Shown here: piece by piece, positions 36,001 through 50,590 of the stretch
How positions within the stretch are numbered: the stretch's first letter is position 1
Layout of the letters: every line of letters begins with the position of its first letter
From: Macrostomum lignano
Lineage: Eukaryota
Direction of reading: 5' to 3'
DNA length: 64,000 nucleotides
Assembly (NCBI GenBank): GCA_002269645.1
Contig: NIVC01000415.1
Location: 248,001-312,000 of the forward strand
Translations under genes and position numbers: made by a program
The notes under the pieces: generated by a model
The model's database searches: none
Seen by the model: the letters and a program-made list of their open reading frames with translations, nothing else
What the model was told of the DNA's origin: nothing

Positions 36001-39000
36001 TCCACTTCCCACTGCTCCGCCTAAAGCGCCCCAGCACCAGCCGTTCTGACACAGCCTAGTTCCATCCGAGGAATTGCAGGACGCCGTCAGAGGCACATAG
36101 TCATTAGTCGCGCCGCTGTACCAGGCTCGTGGCCCAGTGTACAAGTCATAGTAGGCAGAATTAAACATTAACTTGGCAACAGCTCCAATGAATCCCGTAG
36201 TAGACAGGCTGGCAGGGTACTGGTTAGCCGAAGCAATGCTGTTTCTGCCGCCAAGATACAATGGGAAGCTGGCGACATTTAGCTTCTTGCTTACTCCGGC
36301 CACCGTCCAATAGGCGAGACAGTTGCTTAGATTCGGCACAGTAGGATCGCCATCGAGACTAGTTGGAGCACCCTGACAGCCGTCAACTTTAAGTACAACT
36401 TGCCTATCACGGAGGAAAAGGTCGATACGATGCCATTTGCTGTCGTTCAGGGCCGGGGCTGAGGTCACATTATGGAGTCCGCCAGTGGATACTCCCGAAC
36501 CAAGTTCGATCGTAACCTGCGGCTTGCCATTGACTAATTCAATTGCTAGAAAGTCTTTCATAGTTATAGAAGAAGCCAGCGAGTTTGAGACGCCGGAAAT
36601 TCCCGTGTACAGCAGCAGCACTCTAGCAGCTACTTGATTGGTGATAAAATAAAATCTCAGGTGAAAATTCATGCAGCCACCCGGAAGCGGCGTCAGCGCC
36701 AGAAAACTGTCCGCAGTGGAAAATCCAACTTGAAGTCTCTCACAGCGTGGACCCTCGTAACCAGCTGGGCACTGGCAGGTGAAAGTGTTGCTTCCAGCTA
36801 CATTGGTGCAGTTGCCATCGTGAAAGCAGCTTCCGAGACCGCAGCGACTGGGTGCCACCCGCGCTGCTGCTTGGCATCCGCACTGCGCGACTGTGGTGAT
36901 AGTGATTCCAATAAGAGCCGTGCTGTTGTGAAGCACCGATGTCGTATTACTGCCCTCAATATTCAGCACGTTTTTGCAGCCGCTCGAGCACATTGCCGGA
37001 CCATCGGTTTCGCTTCGACATCCATCGTACGGAGTCATGCGCATAGTGGCATTATATCTGGCGAGCATTTTGGTGAACGTTTCGGAATTCACGCTGACTA
37101 GACCCGCCAGACGAGATGCGAGGTAGAATGGTGAGCCAGACGCTGTAAAGCGCACGATGATGCTCCTACTACCCGGAATATCGGCCACGTAAAATATGTG
37201 CGTTTTGTCAAAACTTGTGCCCAGCAAGTTCGCCAGGGTTATCTTGAAATTGTCGTAGGCAGAGGAAATATAATCTGGGAAGTTGTCTTTGCCAAGCGTT
37301 TGAGATGATGGAACTCTCTCACGACGAACAAAGGCATCGGAGTCCATATTGTCGATAACCATGCTGCCAGAGTTTGCGAGAGCATCGTTTGGTAGTACGT
37401 TAACTGTGACATCAAACCTGCACCAAGCAGTAACTCCTTGCGCGTCTTTCACCTCAACATTAATTGTGTAGTTATTGGCTGGAGTTCCACCTTTCAGAGT
37501 GACGCCGCCCAAGGAGTCCATTCTAAAGAATTAAAGCGAGTTGAGTGCTGATAAAGAATGCTCTAGAGTAATATTGCCGCACCCAATAGAACTCTATACT
37601 TACTCAAAATACTGCTGTGACGACATTGTATAAGTCTTTAATGATCTGTCCCAGTCGTCCCTATCGAATACAACAGCGTAGCCAAGCTCAATTCTAGTTG
37701 AAGCGTTGAACCCTGAAATGTTCATCGCGGCATGAAATATAATAAAAAGATGTACTTTTATAAAAAGCACAATCAGATAGCCTTCTAAATTTATGTTTAA
37801 CTCACAATAGTCGTAGTTTCCCTCATAAATATAAACGTAAACTTGTTTATATCCATTAGAAAATGTTGGATTGTCGTCTACGTCTCCAATGGTGACGGTC
37901 ACAGTGCCAGTTCCCGTTAGGCCTCCCCTGTCTCGGATAAGAACGCGCAGAAGAAACTCTTTACCGTCAGTCTCTCTGTCAAACGACTTCAATGAACGAA
38001 TGTTAAACGTTTGGCCAGAACTGTCCAGGACGAAATTCCCTGTCCAGTTATTGCCGGCGCTGCCATCCTGGCTAAAGGTGAACGGTGCGCCATTTGGTGG
38101 TGTATCCTTGTCTTCAGCCCTCAATCCCGTTGGCTGAGCAACAGTTCCCACTATACTGTTCTCCATGATCGTTACCCCTGTCGGTGGTAGCAGATACGGC
38201 GGCGAATTGTTTACATCGGTAATGGTCACAGTGAGGGTGGCGGATCCAGTCATGCCACGACCATCGGTAACCATGATAATATAGTTATGCACTGCGTCTC
38301 CAGATGCCGGTGGGTTCCATACCTCCCTGTTCAGAGCCGTCTGTATGTTGATAGTTCCACCGGTTGACGATGTTGCTAGCTGAAGATTGCTGAATGGATC
38401 AGACTCGGGCAGCACCCAGAAGGTAAATGACGTGTCTACGGCATCCGCATCAGTGGCACTAAACGCGACACCAGTAGGACCGACGCTTGTGGGGCCTTCT
38501 TGCCGAGTAATAGTCGCGGCCGGATTGAAGGTGATTACAGGCGCGTTGTCATTCGAATCAACCACGTTAATAATGAGTGTGCAGGATGCTGTGTAAGGCG
38601 GTGGCGTGCTATCCGTCACGCGGATGCGAACTACAAAGCTCTTCGGCATGGTCACGTTTTCGTAGTCCAGTTGTTTGTTTAAAATAACAGCGCCTCCATT
38701 GATGTCGGGTACGTTCTTCACAGTAAAGTAGTCGAGATAGTCTAGGTTTTGGTAAGTTAGCTGGCCGTCATCAATTTTATCGGCGTCAGTTGCCGCAGCT
38801 GTAAAGATATTTTCACCGACGGCAGTTACTTCTGGTACGTTAACGGTGTAAACTGTCTGATCGAATACCGGAGGATTGTCGTTTACGTCTACTATTGAAA
38901 CTGACGCCGTGCCAGTAACTGGGCTGCCAACTCCGTCCGTTACGGTCACAACGAAGCTGAATATTCCCAATGGAGCTTTAGGCGGCAGCCGCTCGCTGTC

Positions 39001-42000
39001 AGGAATGCCCAGGTTTGCCGTAGTAATCACCTGGCCATTTGAATTTACACTTACATATTCAGAGCCGTCGGTGGGATTAGAAACCAGAGCAAAATTGATC
39101 GTCCCGCTAGTGTCTGGATCGTTTGTTCGCAGCTGCATGAATGGCACACCAATTGCGGCACCTTCTGGTAGCATTCCAAATAAACTAGTGAAGTTCCAAG
39201 TTGGCCTGTTGTCATTAGCATCGATAGGCCACACTTCTACAACAGAGTAGGCTTGCTGCAGTCCATTTGAAGCGATAGCGTTGAACCGGTACACTGGCGA
39301 CTCTTCTCTGTCTAATCGACGCGTTGTTGACAGGGCTCCGGTTGTCGGGTTCACAGAGAAGTACTGGGTCGGAGATGTTGTCCATCTACCAGTCAAAGAG
39401 TAGCTCACTGGTAGCGTGCCTCGGTTTCGTGCCGTCAGCTACAATGATTTGTTAATTTTCTATCAGTAGGATCGAAAGTTATACTTGCATGCCTGAAAGC
39501 TTACGACAAATATTATTCTCACCATCCAAATAGTTTGAGCCGGTGAATTCTCCGTCACATTTGTGATGTTGACAAAGGAGGACGGTATAAATGAGGGAGC
39601 CATATTGTATACACTAATTACTGTGATGTTCACTTGAGCTGTTGCCGTATTGACTCCATCGCTAACCGTGTAGGTCAGTGAGAAGCTCTGGGAAAGGAAT
39701 AAGCAGATGATTTTAAGATGATGCTTTTATTTTACTTGAAACAATCTATTCAAGAAAGCGATGTCCTTGCCAGTCAGTCAAAAAACTCACGGGTGTATCA
39801 AAGTAAGACAACGGCTTGGCAACTACAATATCGCCCGTGTCAACTAATGTGATAAACCTGTAGGTCGGATCGCCGGATGAGATTTTGTAACGTAACAGGT
39901 CGTTTGCGTCGAGATCGCTGCCGTTCACTCTGCCAACAATTGTCCCGATGGCGGCGTCCTCGCGAATAGAAAATGAGTAGCCACTTCTGGGAAAGAACGG
40001 CGCATTGTCGTTGACATCGCTAACTGATATGGCCAGCGCCAACGTTTCTGTAAAAGATTAAGTTCAAACAATTTAAAGTTTGTTTAAATTGTTTTGGGTT
40101 GAACTGTTCTGTCTAGTTCGATTTCAGTTTACTGACAATCTTAGTTTAAAAATAGAGTCAGTCAAATTGGTACACTTCAATGGCTCAATCAACTACGACC
40201 TAAATAACTACTCACTAGTATTCGGACCAATGACTCCTTCTAGAGATGATGGAGCAGAATCAGATGCAACGACCTGAAGTCGGAAATTTGTTTGCGTGCC
40301 CTCGGCATTGAAAGTAGACGGCAGTGTGTTCGTTGCGATAGCTCCGGTATTTGGATTGATTGAAAAGTAGGCGCTGTCATTTGAGGCTGCTGGGTCTAGC
40401 GAATACACAACCTGAAGTATTTGGTTTGAGTAAATTAAACACGTAGTGCTAAACTAGTATATTTTCGGGTTGCTAAGCTAGAACTATGAGTTATAGAGCG
40501 GCTACGTACACGCTTGAAATTAGCAGTAAAATCCAAGTCGACGGCAAACGCCTGGGTTACAAAACTGTTCCTCGCTGCATTCTCAAGCACGAAAACTCTG
40601 CCAATGTAGCTGCGCGTGATGAAGTTCGGCCACCAATTGTTCACGTCTTCGATCAGCACTCGCTTGTAGATGTCGGTGTAAATCTCGCCAATAGTCGGGT
40701 CGCGATCTTTGTAGCTTGTTCGCACTCTGACGTAGAAGACGTTGTAGTTTTCAAATGCGAAACTGCGGGACACGGCCACGCTGCATGTGTTTGAGGTGCA
40801 GGACGTGCTAGAGGCGCTGCGCATGCCAAAATGGCGGCCAAACGGCGCATTCGTTGGAACGTAGTTGGCCCTTCCCGGCTCGTACCATTCGTAGGTTCGA
40901 GTAGCACCGTCTTGCGACGACGCCGTCATGTTAAATAGGATGGCGTTTAACGTAAAGTTCTCCTTCACGGTTATTGTTGATTCGGGCGGCGACGTTGCTG
41001 AAAAAATATGTAATCTTGTTTGCTAGTATCAATATCCACCGAATTGAACTTCATTTGGTAAAGGTTCTTAATATTTCACTAGAGAATATATCTCTACTGC
41101 ATTGAGCATTGACTTGGATAAAGCAAAGATATTTATAATAGGCCAATTAATTAGCACTTACTGACAACTGGAGGCAATAGCGCTCGCTGGGTTGTAACAT
41201 AGATACGGTACTCTTTTCTATTCCACGTCTTTGTTGTGCCAGTCAGAGGAACTGGATTCCTGGATTCGATTGTGAGAGTAAATTGGGTTTTGTCTGGTAA
41301 TCCAGATATGACGCTGCTGGTTCGAATAGTGCCCAAGTTGTTGTTCGAAGAGATTGTAAATGTCGCTCCTCCTGGCGTCGAGTTGACGATAAAGTACTGC
41401 ACTGTGGACATCTGTGTGTTCGGCACGTCCGGGTCGTAGGCAGAGATCTCGCCAACGAATGAGCCGCTCGGAAGGGACGAGTCAATGACACGGGTAAAAA
41501 ATTCATCCTGATCAAACACCGGCGGCTCATCGTTGATGTCAATAAAGTTCACCTGGAAGGTGCAATAAGAAGACAACCCGTTGAAGATGTTTGTCGCCCT
41601 GACCGTGAGCCAGAAGTAGTTTTTCAAGGTGACCATCGGAATCTGCTCAATGTCGATCACGGAGTTTGAAGAGATGGTACCCGTTGTAGCGTTGACTTTG
41701 AAATAGTCTTCCGGAGCCGAGATGAGCGTGTTGTACACGATTGCATATTGAATGCCGCCCCTTGTGCTCCCGTCTTGGTTGACAGCATTGACCTGGATGT
41801 ATTTTAGACGGTAGGTAAAAGTGAAGAGACTGCAAAACATTGGCATTCAATGTTATTTAAAATCTTTCGGTCAGTAAAGTTTTGCTGCACCTACCTGAAC
41901 TAACGGAGTATCAACAGGCGATTGCTCAGTAAATTCCGGATTGGTAGTCGGGCAGTTAGTAAAAACTGGAGCAACGTTGTTGGAATCGACCACAGTCAAA

Positions 42001-45000
42001 GTGAGATAGCCGATTTCGCTTCTTAGCGGAGTTGTGGCGCCTGGCGGGCAGCCGTCGCAGCTGCCGTCATCGATTGCGCGGATTGGAATTTCGTACCGGG
42101 CGTCGGTTGCACTGGACAGAGTAGCCGAGCCAACTGTCACTATGCCGGTCTTCTCATCTATCACCAGTTGGGGATTGCCAGCTGATGGGTACTGAGCGCT
42201 AGCGGCTAAAATGTAGGTGGTTGACTGAGTTGTGTACAGTGCCGAAGCTTGGTAGCTTAGAAAAACTTCATTTTAAATAGCGTCAAAATTCTTTGAGTAA
42301 AACGTTTTATTAGTTTAAAACTAATTGGGGCTCCATTTTTAAATAATCCTGAAAGTGCCGCTCCCATATTTTTCGTTGATGACTTTAGAGCATGGGCACA
42401 AAGTTTACATGTGAAAATCTGAGCACTGAATGTTGACCTTCATTTGGAGTGAATCGAATGTCAAGTCACAGAGGCAAATTTATCGCAGAGCATGGAATGA
42501 AATCGAACCCAGGTTAAGTCTGACACTTTACCAATGAGCTACTTTTCCCACCCCCAAGTACACTTGGATTTTAGACTCGAAGTTCGAAGTTTCGAAGTTC
42601 AACGAAGGATTTCTTCATTTCGATGAGATTTAAAATTGAGCTGTTCAAAGCGTTAGAAAGTTAATGTACTCGTAAGCATACTTTTTACTTTCTAAATTAC
42701 AAATTTGCAGGTCAGGCAAAGAGCCGCGCACCTCCAGTCCAGAAGTAGTAGTTAACACCAGAGCCGTCGATATCCTGCGCCTGCAGCTGAATTATGATAA
42801 CGCCAGCAGTTGATTTGCGCTGAACTGAAGCGGTAAAGTTGCGCATCTGCGGCGCATTATCGTTGGAATTCTGCAGCGGTATGAATACGGTGGCGCTCGT
42901 CTGCGGTGATACTCCGGTTGAGACGCCGTCGGAGACCGAGATGACGAATTGGGCGGTGTGGGTCACTACTGGCAGAATATCGTAGTCTAATGGGCTGTCA
43001 AAGGCCAAAAAGAGTTTTGTTTTTTAGCTTGCACCGTACGAAACGAAAAACCCACATTTAAACTCGGATATTTGAATAACTCACCTTTGCACGTAGATTA
43101 TTGCCTCCCTAGTAACTGGGTCGGTACTGACGTTAAACCAGGCACTGTTGGTTCCCGTAAGCGTATAAGTCAGCAGCGCGTTCGGCGCCGAGTCCAAGTC
43201 GAAGCCGGGTACTCGGTACACCTCGGAGTTGACTGCCAGACTCTCTGGTGTCGTTGTAGGCTTCACGTAGTAAGGCAACTGGAAATAAGGCCTGTTGTCG
43301 TTGATGTCTAGCAAGCGAATGACCACCTCTACTTCCGAAGATCTCGGCGAAGGGTCTGTGGCGTTTTCGGTGCACACGGCGGTGAAGTACCAGACTTTCT
43401 GAGCAAATGGCAGGTCGTAGTCTAGTCGCGTCAAAGACGACACGACCCCGTTGGTGCTCATTGAGAAGACACCGTTGAATTCGGGGCCCATCTTCGAGGA
43501 GAGAGTAACCGTCGACCAGATGTTGTTGATCGACATGCACAGTACCTGTCCAATGCTGCATTCAAATGGTACGCTTTTTAACTTTCCTGCTTAGAAAAAC
43601 TATCCGTCTACTATGAGTAGGCTGGAAGCATTTTGTGCATACCGGCTATTCAAAGAGATTATTCACCCAGTCCGCCCTGTTTCTAAATTTGGACTGTCAC
43701 TTAAAATAACACATTTTTAAACTTCAGCTTACAATATAGAAGCGCACAAATTTAGAGAATGGGACTGTATACGCACAGTTTTAATGCTTTTTATGTGCCT
43801 AGAAATATCTTAGGACGGTGAGAATCTTATTAATTATAAATGATAATTTACCAGTTTTTATTTAGCTAACAGTTAATCCTACTCTTACTCATCTGTAAAC
43901 TAGTTTATCCGAATTCATGACGAAGCATGTGCTACTTCCATTTTACTGCGGTAGTCGTTGGTTGGAAAATGGTCTAAGGAATTTTACTCATTATTCACAC
44001 ATTGCGTGCCCGTAAAACCCGAAATGAGAAAATATCTACTAATTTAAAATAAGTCGACTGTGCACTTCTGCTCACCTGACCCCAGCCGACTCTTCATACA
44101 GGTAGAATGTGTAGCTGTCTTGAGAGAACTGCGGATTCTGGTAGGTGGTGTACACCCGCACGAAGGCGTAGCCATACTTGGTTAGCGGCGTGGCGCTATC
44201 ATTGTTAACCGCTCGCACACCCAGTTCGTAGTGCTTGGGCGCTGGTGGATAGCCGTCGTTCAGCTTGGTGACAACGTAGCCCAGATCCGGAACAACGCGG
44301 AACCGGCCCTCCGATCTGTTGGTCATGCCCGGTATAAACTCGTAGGACAAAGCTGAAGTCATGTTGGCTGGCACTGACGTCTGTGAACGGTCCGTTGGTT
44401 GGCTTCAAGTTATATACGATACATCTCAAACCCTTATAAAATAAAAATTGGCAGGACGGTTGCGGGCACCCTGGTGCAACGCCCTCGGCGACATCGCCTT
44501 ACAACCGCGGTGACGCGGTTCTGCCCATTCCACTGACTCCTGAGCATACACCTGAATGTGGCCGCGCACCGAATCGAACCAGGGGTCGGGTCCGACGCGT
44601 CTAAACAAAACACCATACCCTACACACCGACTGTGATGCTTTTCCTTAGGCTTCTATACGAACGCAAGCTGACGTCCTTAGGCAAGTATACAAAAACGGT
44701 TCTGTGACCCCAAGGTCGGATTTCAGTAGTGAAAAAGACTCTCACGACCTTGCAAACGCATTGTATGAAACACACTAACCCTCAACTGGTAGACTATAGC
44801 GCCGTCCATTGTGGCTGTCTGTCGGTACAAAGCAGTCCAGATGTTCTTGGAGAATGGCAAAAAGACTGGCCTTGCAGAGGTTGGTTGCAATTGCAATTGA
44901 AAATCCATACGACGGTACACTGCAGTGTGTTTGACAGAGTTATAAAAGTTAATAATTATTATTTAAAATTCGTATCGAATCAACAGGCCAAGTCTAAGGA

Positions 45001-45406
45001 TCTTACATCCTCGTCCATCAATTGTCCTAGCCAGTACGGTGAAGTTGATCTGCCTTTGGTCAACCCTGGCGTAGCTGAGCTCTTGCCCGACTCTCAGCGA
45101 CACCCGACCGGTGGTAGCGTCGATGGTCAGCTCCGTAGGCTCCGGAGCGTCGAAGGCGTATCGCTCCATCGGGCTGGGTGGATTCACAGCCGAGAATAGA
45201 AACCCACCAGGCTCAACGCTGTCATTCACTGGCACTATTGTCCGGCTAATACCCGTCGATTGACGTTTGACGCGATTTACTTCAACCGCCGAGTCCACTG
45301 GTAGATTTGAATCTTCCCAATCGGCTGGAAGAGCGCAACTCAATTCCGGATGCAAGATGCTTATCAGAAAGACTGCGAGCGCAATCACCCGAAGAATGTG
45401 TGCCAT
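33094..45406 (-). CDS. CadN: Type III classical cadherin, DN-cadherin/HMR-1B-like (~2807 aa, 18 exons)
   Basis: Exons: 45007-45406, 44780-44919, 44076-44380 (acceptor uncertain), 43085-43555, 42732-42994, 41895-42205, 41162-41792, 40510-40997, 40216-40411, 39791-40047, 39523-39687, 37806-39438, 37604-37712, 35246-37522, 34302-34528, 34075-34179, 33896-33979, 33094-33455; total 8424 nt with compatible phases. Signal peptide, RVKR site, ~15-16 EC repeats (DxNDN linkers), nonchordate domain (DRDDWD; ASGSPFY), EGF/LamG/EGF/LamG/EGF, TM, p120 motif ENVIDYNEEGGGQED and beta-catenin motif PFDGVLDYEYEG...WGPKF. Confidence 0.92.
33531..33780. repeat. 15-bp minisatellite (agctccgaaaccata)n in the last cadherin intron
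   Basis: About 16 units; source of the SELMV/RSLWF ORFs. Confidence 0.97.
34553..34881 (-). mobile_element. tRNA-derived CORE-type SINE, copy 3 (intronic, internally deleted)
   Basis: Minus strand has A box TAGTGGTTAGAG and B box GGTTCGATTCTC, then gtgtccttgagcaagacacttaa and an (ATT)n tail. The head is interrupted by a 40-bp AT-rich insert. Confidence 0.85.
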
Positions 45407-46240
45407 TCTGCTTGAGACAGTTCTCACGCAGCGAATCAGTCTGTGCTGGGAGAGTTCCGATTTGAAAGATTTGACAGTTACGGCTCCTGTTTCTGCTAGG
45501 CTATAAGGTGTTGTAAACCTCTCGTACAATATATATAAATCTAGCTGCGTTTCCCTTTACGACAGCCAATGGTTTGTGAGGAGAGGTTGCCAACAGAGTG
45601 AGAGAGAATGCCGACTGTTCTCTACTAAAGCCCTTTCACCTCACCCCCAATGCCTCCCTATTGAGCAGTAGTCCAGTCTCGTCCCCGCAGTTGCCATTGT
45701 ATGCCTAGCAGGCAACCTCACTCGGGCGCGGCAGTGGCATGAGTCAGCGCGAGTCTCTCCCCTGGGATACGCCCAAATCCTTCGTGTCTCTCCTGGTCTT
45801 TTCCTATCCGGGGATCTGCTAGGATCTATTGAGGGAATATAAGGGAGAGGGAAAAAAGTGAAGGACAGAGAGGTACGGGGTAGCAGCAGCCAAAGTACCT
45901 GCCCGCTGAGGTGAAGGAGACGGAATTTTGACTGGGGATGAGTGCGCGAGGCAGAATGTCCAGGGGAACAGGAATTTCGTCCTCTCTCCCCTTTTGAGGG
46001 ATCTGTGAGTTGGAGCGTTGGGGGATAGGCTATTGAGTCTATGGATGCGTCTCAGGTGAACAAATGTCTTGCTGCGCGGCTTTCAGGTGTGACTATGCAT
46101 AAGAGTGCAAGCGCATGAAAGTGAGCCAGACACTGATGCGACCAACTATAATGTGTGAATTTATGATTACGAATAGAATTATTGTGCGCCCACAAAACCA
46201 ATTTCTATAATTGCTTCTTCCCAGTTTTTTTAGCTGCAGT

Positions 46241-49200
46241 CTCTACCATTCAACTACCGAATCTACCATTCAGCTGCCGAATCTACCATTCAACTACCGA
46301 ATCTACCATTCAGCTGCCGCATTTACCATTCAACAACCGCATCTACCATTCAGCTACCGCATCTACCATTCAAATACCGCATCTACCATTCAAATACCGC
46401 ATCTACCATTCAAATACCGCATCTACCATTCAACTACTGCATCTACCCTTCAACTACCGCATCTACCCTTCAACTACCGCATCTACCATTCAAATACCGC
46501 ATCTACCATTCAACTACCGCATCTACCATTCAAATACCGCATCTACCATTCAAATACCGCATTTACCATTCAACTACTGCATCTACCATTCAAATACCGC
46601 ATCTACCATTCAACTACCGCATCTACCATTCAAATACCGCATCTACCATTCAAATACCGCATCTACCATTCAAATACCGCATCTACCATTCAACTACTGC
46701 ATCTACCATTCAAATACCGCATCTACCATTCAACTACCGCATCTACCATTCAAATACCGCATCTACCATTCAAATACCGCATCTACCATTCAACTACTGC
46801 ATCTACCCTTCAACTACCGCATCTACCCTTCAACTACCGCATCTACCCTTCAACTACCGCATCTACCCTTCAACTACCGCATCTACCATTCAAATACCGC
46901 ATCTACCATTCAACTACCGCATCTACCATTCAAATACCGCATCTACCATTCAAATACCGCATTTACCATTCAACTACTGCATCTACCATTCAAATACCGC
47001 ATCTACCATTCAACTACCGCATCTACCATTCAAATACCGCATCTACCATTCAAATACCGCATCTACCATTCAAATACCGCATCTACCATTCAACTACTGC
47101 ATCTACCATTCAAATACCGCATCTACCATTCAACTACCGCATCTACCATTCAAATACCGCATCTACCATTCAAATGCCGCATCTACCATTCAGCTACCGC
47201 ATCTACCATTCAAATACCGCATCTACCATTCAACTACCGCATCTACCATTCAAATACCGCATTTACCATTCAACTACCGCATCTACCATTCAAATACCGC
47301 ATCTACCATTCAACTACCGCATCGACCATTCAAATACCGCATCTACCATTCAAATACCGCATCTACCATTCAAATACCGCATCTACCATTCAACTACTGC
47401 ATCTACCCTTCAACTACCGCATCTACCATTCAACTACCGCATCTACCATTCAAATACCGCATCTACCATTCAAATACCGAATCTACCATTCAGCTGCCGC
47501 ATTTACCATTCAACAACCGCATCTACCATTCAGCTACCGCATCTACCATTCAAATACCGCATCTACCATTCAAATACCGCATCTACCATTCAAATACCGC
47601 ATCTACCATTCAACTACTGCATCTACCCTTCAACTACCGCATCTACCCTTCAACTACCGCATCTACCATTCAAATACCGCATCTACCATTCAACTACCGC
47701 ATCTACCATTCAAATACCGCATCTACCATTCAAATACCGCATTTACCATTCAACTACTGCATCTACCATTCAAATACCGCATCTACCATTCAACTACCGC
47801 ATCTACCATTCAAATACCGCATCTACCATTCAAATACCGCATCTACCATTCAAATACCGCATCTACCATTCAACTACTGCATCTACCATTCAAATACCGC
47901 ATCTACCATTCAACTACCGCATCTACCATTCAAATACCGCATCTACCATTCAAATACCGCATCTACCATTCAACTACTGCATCTACCCTTCAACTACCGC
48001 ATCTACCCTTCAACTACCGCATCTACCCTTCAACTACCGCATCTACCCTTCAACTACCGCATCTACCATTCAAATACCGCATCTACCATTCAACTACCGC
48101 ATCTACCATTCAAATACCGCATCTACCATTCAAATACCGCATTTACCATTCAACTACTGCATCTACCATTCAAATACCGCATCTACCATTCAACTACCGC
48201 ATCTACCATTCAAATACCGCATCTACCATTCAAATACCGCATCTACCATTCAAATACCGCATCTACCATTCAACTACTGCATCTACCATTCAAATACCGC
48301 ATCTACCATTCAACTACCGCATCTACCATTCAAATACCGCATCTACCATTCAAATACCGCATCTACCATTCAGCTACCGCATCTACCATTCAAATACCGC
48401 ATCTACCATTCAACTACCGCATCTACCATTCAAATACCGCATCTACCATTCAACTACCGCATCTACCATTCAAATACCGCATTTACCATTCAACTACCGC
48501 ATCTACCATTCAAATACCGCATCTACCATTCAACTACCGCATCGACCATTCAAATACCGCATTTACCATTCAACTACTGCATCTACCCTTCAACTACCGC
48601 ATCTACCATTCAACTACCGCATCTACCATTCAACTACCGCATCTACCATTCAAATACCGCATCTACCATTCAAATACCGAATCTACCATTCAGCTGCCGC
48701 ATTTACCATTCAACAACCGCATCTACCATTCAGCTACCGCATCTACCATTCAAATACCGCATCTACCATTCAAATACCGCATCTACCATTCAAATACCGC
48801 ATCTACCATTCAACTACTGCATCTACCCTTCAACTACCGCATCTACCCTTCAACTACCGCATCTACCATTCAAATACCGCATCTACCATTCAACTACCGC
48901 ATCTACCATTCAAATACCGCATCTACCATTCAAATACCGCATTTACCATTCAACTACTGCATCTACCATTCAAATACCGCATCTACCATTCAACTACCGC
49001 ATCTACCATTCAAATACCGCATCTACCATTCAAATACCGCATCTACCATTCAAATACCGCATCTACCATTCAACTACTGCATCTACCATTTAAATACCGC
49101 ATCTACCCTTCAACTATCGCATCTACCATTCAACTACCGCATCTACCATTCAAATACCGCATCTACCATTCAACTACCGCATCTACCATTCAACTACCGC

Positions 49201-49270
49201 ATCTAACATTCAACTACCGCATCCACAATTCAAATACCGAATCTACCATATAAATACCGCATCTACATTC
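46241..49270. repeat. 20-bp minisatellite (atctaccattcaaataccgc)n, ~3 kb, with higher-order structure
   Basis: About 150 units; a rare variant pair recurs at 46311, 47491 and 48691. Confidence 0.98.
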
Positions 49271-49867
49271 CAACTTCTTTTTTCCTGAATAATTAGCTAA
49301 TGTTGAAATCTCTCATCAGCTAATATAATGCATCTAAAGAAACTCTGGGAAACTATAATAAAAGCGTGATAAATTATGTACGAGTATTGTATGCTTCAAT
49401 ACGAACTAAGGCTATTTAAGGTAAAAAAATTCATGCTTGAGTCACAGACTGCAGTCATATAATTAGTGTGAACATTTCCATCATGGAACCGCAGTTTGCT
49501 TCACAAACACTCTTAAAACTCTTCGGACTACCTTTGGGCTTAAAGTAAATTTCTATTTTCTGCTTCAAGACGAACCACTTTATGGCATGTGTTTGCCTTT
49601 TTCAGACTGCATGGTTTTTGGGGGGGAGCTGTTTTGTTTGCAGCAAATATTCAGTCAGCCAGTACTATAGGCATATTAGCCATGCTCAGCACACGCAGAC
49701 TGTTTGGCAAACTTTGCCACCACACTCGCGGCCAATGAATGAGACAATTTGGCAATTACCCGCGAGTTGAAGACGGATTCTAAAGAATTTTGAGTAAGGT
49801 TTTGGATGTCTTTTTATGTTGAACAGTGAAACTGACCTTTGAAATGCCATCTTACCAAGAATCAAAG

Positions 49868-50590
49868 GTCAGTAGCTCCGATTCGAATGTCAGTAGCTCC
49901 GATTCGGATGTCAGTAGCTCCGATTCGGATGTCAGTAGCTCCGATTCGGATGTCAGTAGCTCCGATTCGGATGTCAGTAGCTCCGATTCGGATGTCAGTA
50001 GCTCCGATTCGGATGTCAATAGCTCAGATTCGAATGTCAGTAGCTCCGATTTGAATGTCAGTAGCTCCGATTTGGATGTCAGTAGCTCCGATTCGGATGT
50101 CAGTAGCTCCGATTCGGATGTCAGTAGCTCCGATTCGGATGTCAATAGCTCAGATTCGAATGTCATTAGCTCCGATTTGGATGTCAGTAGCTCCGATTCG
50201 AATGTCAGTAGCTCCGATTCGAATGTCAGTAGCTCCGATTCGAATGTCAGTAGCTCCGATTCGAATGTCAGTAGCTCCGATTTGGATGTCAGTAGCTCCG
50301 ATTCGAATGTCAGTAGCTCCGATTCGAATGTCAGTAGCTCCAATTCGGATGTCAGTAGCTCCGATTCGAATGTCAGTAGCTCCGATTCGAATGTCAGTAG
50401 CTCCGATTCGGATGTCAGTAGCTCCCGGATGTCAATAACTCCGATTCGGATGTCAATAACTCCGATTTGGATGTCAATAACTCCGATTTGAATGTCAATA
50501 ACTCCGATTCGGATGTCAATAGCTCCGATTTGGATGTCAGTAGCTCCGATTCGGATGTCAGTAGCTCCGATTTGGATGTCAATAGCTCCC
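49868..50590. repeat. 21-bp minisatellite (ggatgtcagtagctccgattc)n
   Basis: About 34 units; source of the SSDSDV ORF. Confidence 0.97.

Noticed and set aside
44426-44616. Extra cadherin exon
   Set aside because: Splice-like sites exist, but no frame gives cadherin-like sequence; left unresolved pending RNA-seq.
46182-49253. ~1000-aa repetitive ORFs
   Set aside because: 20-bp repeat read through all frames; not a coding pattern.
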